A DNA stretch of 64,000 nucleotides from Blastocatellia bacterium (lineage in GTDB: Bacteria > Acidobacteriota > Blastocatellia > UBA7656): positions 384,001 through 448,000 of the forward strand of contig CAVXWP010000007.1 in NCBI GenBank assembly GCA_963765495.1. Direction: 5' to 3'. The notes beneath the pieces are model-generated. The model made no database searches. It was given only the letters and a program-made list of their open reading frames with translations, and was not told the DNA's origin. Below are positions 30,001-38,258 of the stretch, piece by piece. Positions within the stretch are counted from its first letter, which is position 1; each line of letters starts with the position of its first letter. The translations under genes and the position numbers were made by a program.

Positions 30001-30567
30001 ACTCTGACCCGCCGGAGCGAAGGGAACTACGCGAATCCTGTAGACGCCGTTGACCGGCTGAATATAGGCTACTTCCGGGTCGGATGAGGAAGCCGCCGTG
30101 GCGATCACGTTTTCCCCCGTATCTCCCTGAAGCACATAAACATCGAAATCGGCTGCCGAAACCGGCCACTGGGTTACTATCTTTACCCTGTGAGTTGATG
30201 GAGTAATGGGCGGGCTTACGGCTATAGTCAATGTGAAATCATCGCATTCAAGAGCCGCGTTACAAACAGGGGTTCCGTTGGCCTGCGCCGATGCGTTGGG
30301 CACGAAAAACGGCCCCGCAGTGTAGGTGACAGGGCCGCTGTTGTTTGTGAGTGTGCCGGTCGGGGGCGTGGCAGCTTCTACTCCTATGTCGAATAGCCAG
30401 GCACTAAATAATACCGAAGAACATAATATCAACAATACCAGACTCTGAACGAGCCTCGCCGTCTTCAGTCTTATGATTCGGTTTTTCAAGAGGTAGTATC
30501 TGATTTTGGTTATGTATTTTGAAGAAAGGCTTCTGGCACCGGAAAGCGAGGGCTTGCCCTGTTTCAT
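24064..30567 (-). CDS. Giant secreted modular protein: BNR/propeller, FN3, PKD, dockerin-like, cohesin-like and C-terminal C25 (gingipain-family) peptidase
   Basis: SDDDGETW/STDNGLTW Asp-boxes; YKIYRGT FN3; FDFGDG PKD; GDTDNNGSLGGQD; GRLPAR, NYLGHGS, MTCLNG, LFGDP; AAGGAG RBS. Confidence 0.9.
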   Translation of the reverse strand: MKQGKPSLSGARSLSSKYITKIRYYLLKNRIIRLKTARLVQSLVLLILCSSVLFSAWLFDIGVEAATPPTGTLTNNSGPVTYTAGPFFVPNASAQANGTPVCNAALECDDFTLTIAVSPPITPSTHRVKIVTQWPVSAADFDVYVLQGDTGENVIATAASSSDPEVAYIQPVNGVYRIRVVPFAPAGQSFTGTISLEPLPQLPPPPPGIAPRYKNYPDPTGLGNEAGEPSIGVDWNPNLPSLKHGTVNTGGVAFFTANVNELRVSFDDCSSPAGALWEDKTSPQTSVGGLDPIGFVDHQTGRVFQSQLTGAGSILAFSDDDGETWLPSQGAGVPAGVDHQTVGGGPYNESATPPPPPHPLSPNAVYYASQDAATAFAARSDDGGLTFGAGVPMWSLVQCGGLHGHVKVAPDGTVYVPNKGCSGEQGVAVSTDNGLTWTIRTVPGSTPGDTDPSVGIGSDNTLYFGYQNGDGHPHMARSTDRGQTWLDRDVGGGFIQNCVFPEAVAGDGDRAAFGFVGTPTGGNYQDADNFHGIWHFYIATTYDRGNSYFLVDATPSDPVQIGSICTSGTTCGDDRNLLDFNDIAVDKEGRVLAAYADGCVSPACLQDPPSPSSSSRSSKATIIRQSGGRRLFAAFDPVEPAAPPAPRLISATRDNQGVTVQWDEPDSGGSPLTAYKIYRGTTSGGETFLASINPSAPRYLDATANPNTQYFYRVTAMNSIGEGVFCGEVEVTAAPPAPDACSLPGILITTDPAGDQTGDPATPQLDIRQISIGEPFLNKCTNQLVFTMKVADLSVVPPQARWTIFFSRASGTEYFVSMNSDDTGNPTGVTFKYGHTMIGTGGVRQLTTDGDADPESTFSADGTITIVVSNSKLTFNLTPPPATLPPPAPGDTFGNVNAITQQTIGVLLATIDSTASGGYTLVGNRSCQPNTAPIASMLATPTTGTAPLMVNFDGSASSDSDMCDTVLSYTFDFGDGSAPVTQASPTISHTYDAAGEYGAKLRVTDSRGKLSDNTAITIIEVESPEVANSISGTISYCIDNSKKVPNATVQTTSGSPSASTSTNASGFYQLDDLGTGPYTVAPSKTGAVSGISAQDIGILRRLAAGIDTPTPCQSIAGDTDNNGSLGGQDIGFLRRFVAQLSTTGITGSWKFSPASRSYPSLVSNQTNQDYDALLIGDVDGNWTPAAPDPASFQKSQAPSATNLALSLPSVVAPPGSTDVSIPVMVNGTLTNGDFVLGYTIEISFDPSVLVPHSPSFNTTGTVSSTGVVTENTGVSGRLRLVVDFQNPLIFTGQQTLIILRFDVVGTQGQMSGLNWFFTEFGSGPPAVTTTTTNGNFTVSTPTAAKVDAFTATGYDKGVYLLWQTGFEADNLGFNIYRQQGGQMTRVTPEMLAGSALVIGSPPLTAGRVYSWWDNSPDSKQDALYYLEDIDINGKRSLHGPLAPVKTGDERPPERSQAAFLSTLGEARPLVGLSRQVESSANVLGAKDYSIQSGLASGSAIKLSVNHEGWYRLTQPDLVRAGLDPNVDPRLLQLFVDGRQLPIIVQGQEDARFDPSDTVEFYGQGLDTPATDTRVYWLVGGSQFGDRIATLEGSVKPVGSGSFSYTIERRDRTIYFSSLKNGEQENFFGPVITASQPVDQSLVLQRLDTSASAVLEVAVQGVTLLPHQVSVTVNGAVVGVMSFNGRAHEIARFQLSAGMLSEGHNEVSLISQSDAGDVSLVDYVRLTYSHTYKAEDDALRFTAQGNQSVTISGFSNSQIRVVDITDPNAPQALSAAIQKAIDGYSISLRAPGSSVRTLLAIAEDRVESPAAITANQPSNWKKASNGADFIIITRREFFASLEPLKTLRQSQKLVVALVDIEDVYDEFSYGHKTPQAIKDFLAFASTNWKRKPRFVMFAADASFDARNYLGYGNWDLVPSKLIDTEFLETASDDWLADFNNDGLADLSVGRLPARTSDEAALMAGKIIAYERSGSSRSALLVADSNDVFDFEGASSGLRAMLPSYLRVQEIKRSGLDPQTAKGMLLDGINQGQTVVNYLGHGSVNLWRGNLLESTDARLLVNQNNLAMFLDMTCLNGYFQDPSVDSLAESLMKAEHGGAVAVWASSGETGAESQAAANREMLRLIFSSDSMTRQPITLGEAARRAKAAVADPDVRLSYILFGDPSMRLR

Positions 30568-30692
30568 GTAGGTTCTCCTTTAGCGGTCTGACATTTGTGA
30601 GATATGGAAAAGCATCTTTGACACATCCGCGGTGACCGACTGCGCCAAATTTCCTCGGAATCTATTCTTCAGACAAAAGCGACCTTGCCGGG

Positions 30693-30708
30693 AGCAATCC
30701 CCGTACCA
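30693..30708 (-). promoter_or_regulatory. Putative sigma54 (-24/-12) promoter of the C25 gene
   Basis: Minus strand TGGTACG-GGGA-TTGCT versus consensus TGGCACG-N4-TTGCW, about 125 nt upstream of the ATG. Confidence 0.72.
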
Positions 30709-30897
30709 TCTTTAACCCGCTTCTCGACAGTCAGCAGGCGGGTGATTGGTATCTTTTACTATTTACAGTGATTTGTTTGCCCGAGGGGGAGAATTACCGA
30801 TCCTGTATGCTTTGCCGCAAGGGTAAGAAATTAGATAGCAGAAGAGGCTGTTCTGTATGATAAAAGGACTCTCGAATTGTCTTATTTTGTTTCAGTA

Positions 30898-31008
30898 ACC
30901 GTGACGCGTGACGCGTGATGCGTGAAAAGACCTAGAGAGAATTTACAGGATAAACAAGATTATTTTTCATCTTCTGAAATCTTGTTTATCCTGTAAATCC
31001 TCTCTAAG
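30898..31008. repeat. Heptamer run (CGTGA[C/T]G)n plus inverted nonamer element
   Basis: cgtgacgcgtgacgcgtgatgcgtga; tttacaggataaacaagatt ... aatcttgtttatcctgtaaa. Confidence 0.8.
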
Positions 31009-31020
31009 AATCTCTCCGCT

Positions 31021-32160
31021 TTAGTGAAGCAAGATGGAATTCTTGGTCACCACATCGTTGTAAGATTCACATTCGCCGCTGGCGCACTGTTTGAGCAGGT
31101 CTTCGATCTTTTGCAGGAGTTGCGTGCTGAAATGATTCGGCTCGGCCTGCGGATGCGGCGGCGCGTAGTAATTGAAATAGCTCCGAATAATCAGGCTTCG
31201 GTTGTCTATCGGCAATGTCTTTACGTTTTCCACAAACTTGTCGAACGTCCCCTGTCGGAGCAAATAAAACTCTACGTTCGACACGTAAAAGGCTGAAACC
31301 TTCTCGTTTGTCTCTTTCAGATATTGTCCGATGGCTTTTAGCGCCGTGGGGCCTGACAGATCGCCGACGACCGGAATAATCAGGTCTTCATCTTCCATCT
31401 TCTTGATAAACTGAAAATCGTCTTCGGAGTTGAAATAATTCTCGCGGTTGCCTGAAAGATCGCGCTCCAAAAGCAGGTCTCTGTAGGTCGGATAGATCGA
31501 GCGAGGAGGTCGGTGATGGCTCGAGTAGCGTATGTCAAGCCCGGCCGTGAAGAAGGCTTTTTGAATGGTTTCGATGGTTTCGAGGTCTGTCGCCGAGAGT
31601 GCTATGCCGTATTTCTGAACATCGCGCCTTAGCTCTTTCGCCGTCTGGTCGAACAGTTTTGGATTCGACGGAGTGTTATCGATGTAATCTACTAGCTCCT
31701 GAATGGAGCGATTTTCCCATCCTTTGTTTTTCGGAAAAGGCTTGCCGAAAAACAGGCAGAGATATTCGATGCGATTGCGGGCGCGAGCAAACATTGCTTT
31801 GTATATCAGGTGTTGGAGTTGATTATCTCGGCGTATGTCTATGATGATGGCCTTATGCGGGCGAATCTTTGCAATGTAGGTGAAATTCTGATCGGGGCCT
31901 ACGCCCAGATAAACGCCGCCGCTCACGCCTATCTCGCGCAGTTTGCCGAGCACGTGCAGGTAAGAGGTTTCATTCGATATAAGGTTGTCGGAATCAAAGA
32001 AACCGCCCGGCTCGGAAAGCCGCGCCGAAAGAGCAGCAAACGCTTTATGGTCTTTCGAGGCTTCGGCAAGCCGGGAGGCCGCCGCGCTCATCATCAGGAC
32101 CATTAACAGATTTGCAACTATAAACCGTTTCAAGAAGTACTTTCTCCTGTTCATTCCCAT
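31021..32160 (-). CDS. Exported hypothetical protein, possible SAM-methyltransferase-like fold
   Basis: Signal peptide, GGAG RBS; YLGVGPDQNF, IIIDIRRDN, VVGDL, FYVSNVE. Confidence 0.8.
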   Translation of the reverse strand: MGMNRRKYFLKRFIVANLLMVLMMSAAASRLAEASKDHKAFAALSARLSEPGGFFDSDNLISNETSYLHVLGKLREIGVSGGVYLGVGPDQNFTYIAKIRPHKAIIIDIRRDNQLQHLIYKAMFARARNRIEYLCLFFGKPFPKNKGWENRSIQELVDYIDNTPSNPKLFDQTAKELRRDVQKYGIALSATDLETIETIQKAFFTAGLDIRYSSHHRPPRSIYPTYRDLLLERDLSGNRENYFNSEDDFQFIKKMEDEDLIIPVVGDLSGPTALKAIGQYLKETNEKVSAFYVSNVEFYLLRQGTFDKFVENVKTLPIDNRSLIIRSYFNYYAPPHPQAEPNHFSTQLLQKIEDLLKQCASGECESYNDVVTKNSILLH

Positions 32161-32197
32161 CTCCCGTTAGTCGAAACCGCCCGGGACGGCTGCGCGA

Positions 32198-35100
32198 TCA
32201 TTCAGGCTGCGTTTGAGCCGAGCGCACCGCCAGGCGGCGATAATAATCTTCGATCATTTTACGATAGCGGTCGGGCGCATCTCCATCGCTGAATGCGCCT
32301 GCCCCGTTGTTGCCCAGTTTGGCCTGGAGCTTTCTGGCCAGTTCCAGTTCCAACTGCCTGAGCGGGTCAATGACTTCATTCTTTAACAGAGCCAGTTGCG
32401 ACGGATCGCTGAAGGCGTTCGGGTTCAGCTTGCGCAACTGCTCGATGGCGCGATCAAGGCTGCGAGCAAGTTCGGGGTTGCGACCAAGCTGACGGCGGAG
32501 TTCTTCGGCCTCTTTGATACGCTGGCGAAGCTCGCTTTCAATCTGACGCGCACCACCGGAGGGTGGGCCGCCGCCCATCGTCGGGTTCTCGCTATCGCTG
32601 AAACTATTACCCGGCTGGCTCGATTGTTGCCCCGGTTGTTGTCCCGCTTGCTGTCCGGGTTGCTGCCCCGCCTGCTGTCCCTGTTGACCCTGACCCTGCT
32701 TTCCTTGCTGCCCCTGCTGACCTTTTTGTTGTCCCTGTTGTTGTCCTTGCTGCTTTCCTTGCTGCCCCTGTTGGCCTTGCTGTTGTCCCTGTTGTTGTCC
32801 TTGTTGCCCACCCTGTTGATTTTGCTGACCTGATTGTTGTTGACCTGATTGTTGTTGACCGCCGGCTTGTTGCCCGCTCTGTTGCTGTCCCTGTTGCCCA
32901 TCCTGTTGCTGGCCGTTTTGCGATTGCTGGCCTTGCTCTTTGCCCGATTGAGACTCTTGCTGCCCACGACCCGATTCGAGTTTGCGGCGCAGCGAATCGA
33001 GACTGTCGGCCAGTTCGCGGGCGCGGTTGAGAGCCTCTTCCATGCTCTCGCCCTCGGTAGGCTGGCTCGCGCCGTTTTCAGCCGCCTGCAAGTTTTTCAG
33101 AACCTCTTCGATGTTGCCCCGGATGGTGCGCTCGCGGTCGCGCGCCTGATCGTACCAGCCGTTTTCGATAAACTGATTGTTCTGGCGTATGCGGTCGGGA
33201 ATGCGATTCCGGCGGATTGCGTTGGCCGCGTCTCGCATCTTGTCGGCCGCCTGTTTTCTATCCTGTCCCATTCCGCGAGCCGCCTGATCTATGTCGCTTT
33301 CAAGCCCGGCCATCTGATCGGCGAGCGCCTCTTTTCGCTCGGCCAGTTGCTGTTTTTGTTCGTCGCTCGCCTCGCCTCCTTCGCCCTTCTGCTCGGCGCG
33401 GGCAAGCTCGTCCACCTTGCGCGAAATCTCTTCCTGACGCTTGAGAGCATCCTCGGCCTGTTTGCGAAGACGCCCGGCGTTTTGCTGCCCGCCTGTCCTT
33501 TGATTCGATTCCAGCGACTTGCGCGCCTGCTCCATCCGCTCAAGCGCCCGCAGCGATTGCGCGGCAGATTCGGTCCCGTTCTGCGATTGAGACGAAGCCT
33601 GCGCGCGCTGCATCTCATCGGCGGCCTGCTGCATCTGGCGCGCGGCCTCGGCCAGCTTGGGATCGCGGCGTTCACGAGACAATCGCTCAAGCTCGCGTGC
33701 CGCCTTTTGCGCCTCGTCGATCATCTCCTGTTGCTGGCGCGCAGAGCCGCCGCCGCCGCCGTTCTGCTGCATCTGCGAGCGCATCTTCTGTTCGAGTTGC
33801 TGCTGTTGTCGGCGGGCGAGTTCTTCGAGCTTTCTTGCGATCTCGTCCTGTTTCTGATCCTGTTTTGTCTGCTGTTCGCGCTGAACGGTTTCGTACTGAT
33901 TCTTCATCTTGTCGAGTTGCAGTTCAAAAAGATCGGCAAGATTCTGCTCGTCCTGATTGCCTCCGCCTCCGCCTTCGCCTCCGCCCTGCGCGATCTGTAT
34001 GTCGCGGAATATGGCCTCGGCCCTGAGCAGTTGTTGAAGCGCGCGCTGTTCGGGCGACAGAGCTTCCTGCGCCTTGCGCCCTTTTAGCTCTCCCGTAGCC
34101 GCGTCCATCTCTTTGGCGGCCTGCGTCAGATACTCGACCAGTTTGGCGAAATCCGGCTGAGAGTTGAGTTGCTCGCCCAGACGACGACGTATGCGTTCGG
34201 CCAGAGCTTCGGCGTCTGCCTTGAGCTTTTCCTGGCTCAATGTGACCGCGCCGAAATTCTCTTCCTTTTCTTCGGGCGTATAATCAATCGCCTCGCGCTG
34301 AACGCGGAAGGTAGCGGCTATCACCTGTCGCTGGCGTCTGGTGAGGGCGCTTGAATCCTGATCGTCCCCGCCGCCGCCGCCCTGCTGTTGCGCCTGCCGG
34401 AAGGCCCGGTCAAAGGGGCGCACTTCGAGAAAGTATATATCGCTTGTAGATTCGCGCCCGCCATCCGCGCCGTTGTCTCGCGCCTTGGCGTAGTAAGAGA
34501 TAAAATCGCCCGCCTGCAAGCCGTACTCTTCGAGGAAGAAGGTATGCGCGCCCGAAAGCGCGCGAGGCGAATCGCTCTTGATGTCCTGCAATTGAACCTT
34601 TTGTTCCGGCCCGCCGTTGACCGAAAAATAAAGCTCTATGGCCGTCACGCCGTAATCGTCTTCGGCGCGCGCCTGCGCGAAGACCTCCTGAATGCTTGTG
34701 ACCTTCATATCGCGGCCCGGCTTGTCTATCGTGACCGTGGGCGGATGATCGTCGAGCACCGTCACATCATATTCGTTCGAGCCGTTGTATCGTTCTCCGT
34801 CTGCGCTTGTAAGCTCTATCTTATAAGTCCCGTTTTCTTTGACCGGAAATTCTCCGATAAAGACATTATCCGGCCCGGCGGTCATATCATATTTCGAGCC
34901 GTCCTGCATCACTATGCGGGCCGAGCCCGCCGCGTTGCTCAGATGAGCAAAGACCTCGACGCGCGTGCCTTTTAGCGCCGCCACTTCGCCGCCGCCTTCG
35001 ATCTTCTTGCTTGCGAGCCGCGTATAAGACGGGAAATTTAGTACCAGATCTATCTGTTTGACAAAAGGCAGGTCGGCGACTTCGAGCGTGAACTCGGGCG

Positions 35101-35905
35101 AGCGGATGCCGTTCGATTCGACATAATAGATGACCGAATCCTGAATGTTGAATATGAGGTGCTGAAATTCTCCCGCGCTTTTTGCCGGTTCCATCGAAGA
35201 GGCCATCCAGCTATCGCCGTCGAGCTTGCGAATAAAGACCTGGGCAAGCTCGGAATCAAACCCTTGCAGCGCGGCCTTGATCTTCTGATCCGAGCCGCGA
35301 GGCACACGCGAAGTGCCGGGGCTTACATTGATAAACATGGAGCTGGCCGAGGCATTGCTGCCGAGCGGGGAATAAAGAGCAGAGATCCCGCCCGATATTG
35401 ACGAGGGGCCTGCGAAGAAGAGCCCCAGAAGCGACAGGAGGACAAGCCCCGCGCCTGCGCCATAGGCGATTGCGTGACGCGGGTCAACGACCCTGTCCAG
35501 GTCGAGCGAAGAGCTTCGCTCCCCGACATCCTGGACCAGACGATCTACTATGGCGGGGGAAGCCCGCCGCGCATCAGGCGTATACTCGACGGCGGTCACG
35601 AGCCTGTCATCGAGACGGCTTTTTTCTTCGATCAGACGGGCGATGCGATGGTCGCTTATCTTCGCCTTGAGCGGCCTGATGATGAAATACCACGCCGAAA
35701 GGGCTATCAGGATGAGAGGCATTATACGCAACGCAATCAGGACGGACGATCTATTGCTGAATTGATCGGCTGTTGCCGCCGCCGCTATGAGCGAGACCAT
35801 TGCGACCCCGACCGTGATGGCCACACCACGCAAAGCCAGCCGCGTTTTGATCCGCGCGCGAACCTGATTGATCAATTCATTGAGGCTCAAATGCTGAGGA
35901 TTCAT
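32198..35905 (-). CDS. DUF4175-like membrane-anchored protein with long coiled coil and Q/G-rich tract
   Basis: 3 N-terminal TM helices, RLVTAVE, AEDDYGV, ALSPEQRALQQL, C-terminal P..YRKMIEDYYRRL; GGAGGAAGG RBS before ATG 35905. Confidence 0.85.
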   Translation of the reverse strand: MNPQHLSLNELINQVRARIKTRLALRGVAITVGVAMVSLIAAAATADQFSNRSSVLIALRIMPLILIALSAWYFIIRPLKAKISDHRIARLIEEKSRLDDRLVTAVEYTPDARRASPAIVDRLVQDVGERSSSLDLDRVVDPRHAIAYGAGAGLVLLSLLGLFFAGPSSISGGISALYSPLGSNASASSMFINVSPGTSRVPRGSDQKIKAALQGFDSELAQVFIRKLDGDSWMASSMEPAKSAGEFQHLIFNIQDSVIYYVESNGIRSPEFTLEVADLPFVKQIDLVLNFPSYTRLASKKIEGGGEVAALKGTRVEVFAHLSNAAGSARIVMQDGSKYDMTAGPDNVFIGEFPVKENGTYKIELTSADGERYNGSNEYDVTVLDDHPPTVTIDKPGRDMKVTSIQEVFAQARAEDDYGVTAIELYFSVNGGPEQKVQLQDIKSDSPRALSGAHTFFLEEYGLQAGDFISYYAKARDNGADGGRESTSDIYFLEVRPFDRAFRQAQQQGGGGGDDQDSSALTRRQRQVIAATFRVQREAIDYTPEEKEENFGAVTLSQEKLKADAEALAERIRRRLGEQLNSQPDFAKLVEYLTQAAKEMDAATGELKGRKAQEALSPEQRALQQLLRAEAIFRDIQIAQGGGEGGGGGNQDEQNLADLFELQLDKMKNQYETVQREQQTKQDQKQDEIARKLEELARRQQQQLEQKMRSQMQQNGGGGGSARQQQEMIDEAQKAARELERLSRERRDPKLAEAARQMQQAADEMQRAQASSQSQNGTESAAQSLRALERMEQARKSLESNQRTGGQQNAGRLRKQAEDALKRQEEISRKVDELARAEQKGEGGEASDEQKQQLAERKEALADQMAGLESDIDQAARGMGQDRKQAADKMRDAANAIRRNRIPDRIRQNNQFIENGWYDQARDRERTIRGNIEEVLKNLQAAENGASQPTEGESMEEALNRARELADSLDSLRRKLESGRGQQESQSGKEQGQQSQNGQQQDGQQGQQQSGQQAGGQQQSGQQQSGQQNQQGGQQGQQQGQQQGQQGQQGKQQGQQQGQQKGQQGQQGKQGQGQQGQQAGQQPGQQAGQQPGQQSSQPGNSFSDSENPTMGGGPPSGGARQIESELRQRIKEAEELRRQLGRNPELARSLDRAIEQLRKLNPNAFSDPSQLALLKNEVIDPLRQLELELARKLQAKLGNNGAGAFSDGDAPDRYRKMIEDYYRRLAVRSAQTQPE

Positions 35906-36018
35906 GATACCTTCCTCCCTGAAGCCGGACTGATTTCCACTGTGATTAGTTTCGAGTATAGTGCCTAAACGATTACGACACCATCGTATCCAGGGCTGTT
36001 GCAAAATCGGGTGTGAAT

Positions 36019-36129
36019 GTAGGGGCAGCCCGAATGAGTACATTTATTGTGGCTGCCCGAATCCGTCGTAAGCGCGATGGCAGTCATCGCCCTTCGGGCG
36101 ATTCGGGCAGGGACAAGCCCTGCCCCTAC
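36019..36129. repeat. GTAG-family REP doublet (inverted pair)
   Basis: GTAGGGGCAGCCC...GGCTGCCC and inverse GGGCAGGGACAAGCCCTGCCCCTAC. Confidence 0.8.
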
Positions 36130-36185
36130 TATAAATGTCATCCTACCTTGCAACAGCTTTGCCATTGTATTTGGAATGATAAAAA

Positions 36186-38228
36186 TCATCCAATCAACTT
36201 TGCAATTCGTATGCGGCGAGCCATCAGGGCTTCGGCCAGGAACAGGGCAAGCGCCGCAATCAACAGCGGAAGCCACAACCGCTGGCGAGACTCGATCTCT
36301 TCGGCGCTCAGTCGCTCGCCCTGAAATGGCTGCCCGTTTTGATTGCCCGGTCCCGGGGTAACGCTTGCGATGAATTCATCTACGCTGAGTTTTGCCAGGT
36401 CCGACTCTTTCGTATCCAGATTCACCGCCACGTTCTCGACGGTTGTGCGATAGCGGAGGCGATAAAATCCCTGCTCGCTTGCCGGGATGGAAAGCTCGCC
36501 TGTTGCGGTCCGGCGCGCGTCTTCGATGCGCCCGCCCGCCGGATTTTCAACCAGAGGCAACGCTCCTTCCGCATCGGGAGAGGCCGCAAACATCTGCCCT
36601 ATGATGTATGAAGAAGCGGTCTCGCGCCCGCCGAGATATTCGAGCGTCTGGCGCACGAGCGGCAAATACATCGGCGTGAGCGGCAGATCATTCCACGCCG
36701 TATCGAGCGTGGTCGTCACAAGCAAGACCTTGCCGCTTCCGGCCGTTCCTTCGATTATCAGGGGGCTGCCGTCATCGAGCGCCGCGATTACCGATGTCCC
36801 TTCTTTAGCCGTAGCGCGATGATATGCATAGACTCGCGTAGAGGCCAGACGCCCGCCTTTTGCAAACGCGCTAAAGATCGGATGGTCCATCTTGACCTGA
36901 CTCATCAAGGCGTAGCTGCCACGGGTTTGAACGATCTCGCCGAGTTCGGCAGGCGCAATGGCCGCGAATGCGCGATTAAAACCGGTCGCTTCGGCGTGCT
37001 TGCCCGCCGCGAGGATCAATCCGCCGCCGCGCTCGGCAAAAGCCTTAAGCGCCGTGGCGAGCGCATCGCTTATGTCGGCCACGTCGTTGACTATCACTAC
37101 CTGATAAGAATCAAGCTCGGCCGGGTTGACGCTGCCCGCCGTCTTTATCGTGAGCGCGTGCCGGTTGTTTTCTCCGGCGAGCAACGCCTGTTGAAGGAAA
37201 AAACTCTCGCTGCGCCCGCGCGAGGCTGTCTCAATCGCAAGCACCTTCGATTGATTATCGCGCGTGAGAGTGAAGAAATATTTGTCGTCGAGGGGGAACT
37301 GATCTCCGGCTATTTCGACCGTAGCGCGGTTCGAGCCTTCCGGCACATTGAAGCCCGAAAACTCTATCGTTTCGCTCGCTCCCGGTCCGAGATTTATGGG
37401 CCGTCGTTCGACCGTAAGGTCGTTGAGCTTGAAATCTACGGCCACATCCCGCGCATCGTTTGAGCCGAAATTGGTCACGCGAGCTACCACCTTGCCCGCG
37501 TATTTCTGCGCATAGATTATCGGCTCGGCCTGAACGCTCGCCACGGCGAGGTTTTCAGGCTTTGATTCCGACACATCGACCGGGATGAGTTGAACGCCCG
37601 GTCTGAGCTTTATGGGTGGAGCGTCGCGGTTCCAGCCCGACTCTTGAAAATCGGAAATCAGGTAGATGCGCCGCTCGCCTCCGGCGTCTTTAAGCACGGA
37701 ATCGGCCGCCTGAATCGCCTGCAAATAATCGGTTGCTTCAAGAGTAGGAGCGGCAGAATCGAGCAAAGCCGAAGCCTGCGCGCGGTCTGCCTTGAGAGGC
37801 ATCAATATGCTGTAGCCCTGTCCGAATTGAATGAGGGCCAGCCGCTCATCTGCCGCCGCCCGGTTGACGATGTCGCGTGCGGCAAGGCGGGCGCGATTGA
37901 ACGTGTCGGCAAACCGCGTGCTGTAAGAGCCGTCAAGCAGGATCACACTGCTCGATTTTCCCGAATCCGAAGCCTGCGCGTTTGTCCCGGTGAAGTAAGG
38001 CCGGGCGAAGGCGAGCGCGAGCAGCATCAGCGCCGCGCACCTCATGGCGAGCAGGAGCAGGTTTCTGAGCTTTCGTTTACGAATGGTCTTTTGCTCGATT
38101 CGGCGCAAAAACATCAGCGACGGAAACTCTATGCGTCGGGCGCGGGTGCGCCTCACCAGATGCACAAGCACCGGGATGCTTGCCGCCATCGCGCCCAACA
38201 AAAAGACTGGATTCAAAAACGCCATCAA
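36186..38228 (-). CDS. BatA N-terminal / VWA / glutamine-amidotransferase-like membrane protein
   Basis: FLNP..L......PVLVHL......FPSLMFL...LLLAMR...LAFARP; DGSYS MIDAS-like; ISDFQ; C-terminal TM. Confidence 0.88.
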   Translation of the reverse strand: MMAFLNPVFLLGAMAASIPVLVHLVRRTRARRIEFPSLMFLRRIEQKTIRKRKLRNLLLLAMRCAALMLLALAFARPYFTGTNAQASDSGKSSSVILLDGSYSTRFADTFNRARLAARDIVNRAAADERLALIQFGQGYSILMPLKADRAQASALLDSAAPTLEATDYLQAIQAADSVLKDAGGERRIYLISDFQESGWNRDAPPIKLRPGVQLIPVDVSESKPENLAVASVQAEPIIYAQKYAGKVVARVTNFGSNDARDVAVDFKLNDLTVERRPINLGPGASETIEFSGFNVPEGSNRATVEIAGDQFPLDDKYFFTLTRDNQSKVLAIETASRGRSESFFLQQALLAGENNRHALTIKTAGSVNPAELDSYQVVIVNDVADISDALATALKAFAERGGGLILAAGKHAEATGFNRAFAAIAPAELGEIVQTRGSYALMSQVKMDHPIFSAFAKGGRLASTRVYAYHRATAKEGTSVIAALDDGSPLIIEGTAGSGKVLLVTTTLDTAWNDLPLTPMYLPLVRQTLEYLGGRETASSYIIGQMFAASPDAEGALPLVENPAGGRIEDARRTATGELSIPASEQGFYRLRYRTTVENVAVNLDTKESDLAKLSVDEFIASVTPGPGNQNGQPFQGERLSAEEIESRQRLWLPLLIAALALFLAEALMARRIRIAKLIG

Positions 38229-38258
38229 CTATCTTTCAAAATTCCTGAGTGTGTTGCC

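Noticed and set aside
32396-34087. Long plus-strand ORFs (145 and 412 aa), plus similar ones at 37590, 39342, 42320, 48653, 52042, 52972, 57377
   Set aside because: Antisense shadows of well-supported genes in GC-rich DNA; no recognisable motifs
35906-36043. N-terminal extension of the DUF4175-like ORF
   Set aside because: Runs into the REP element; a strong RBS precedes ATG 35905
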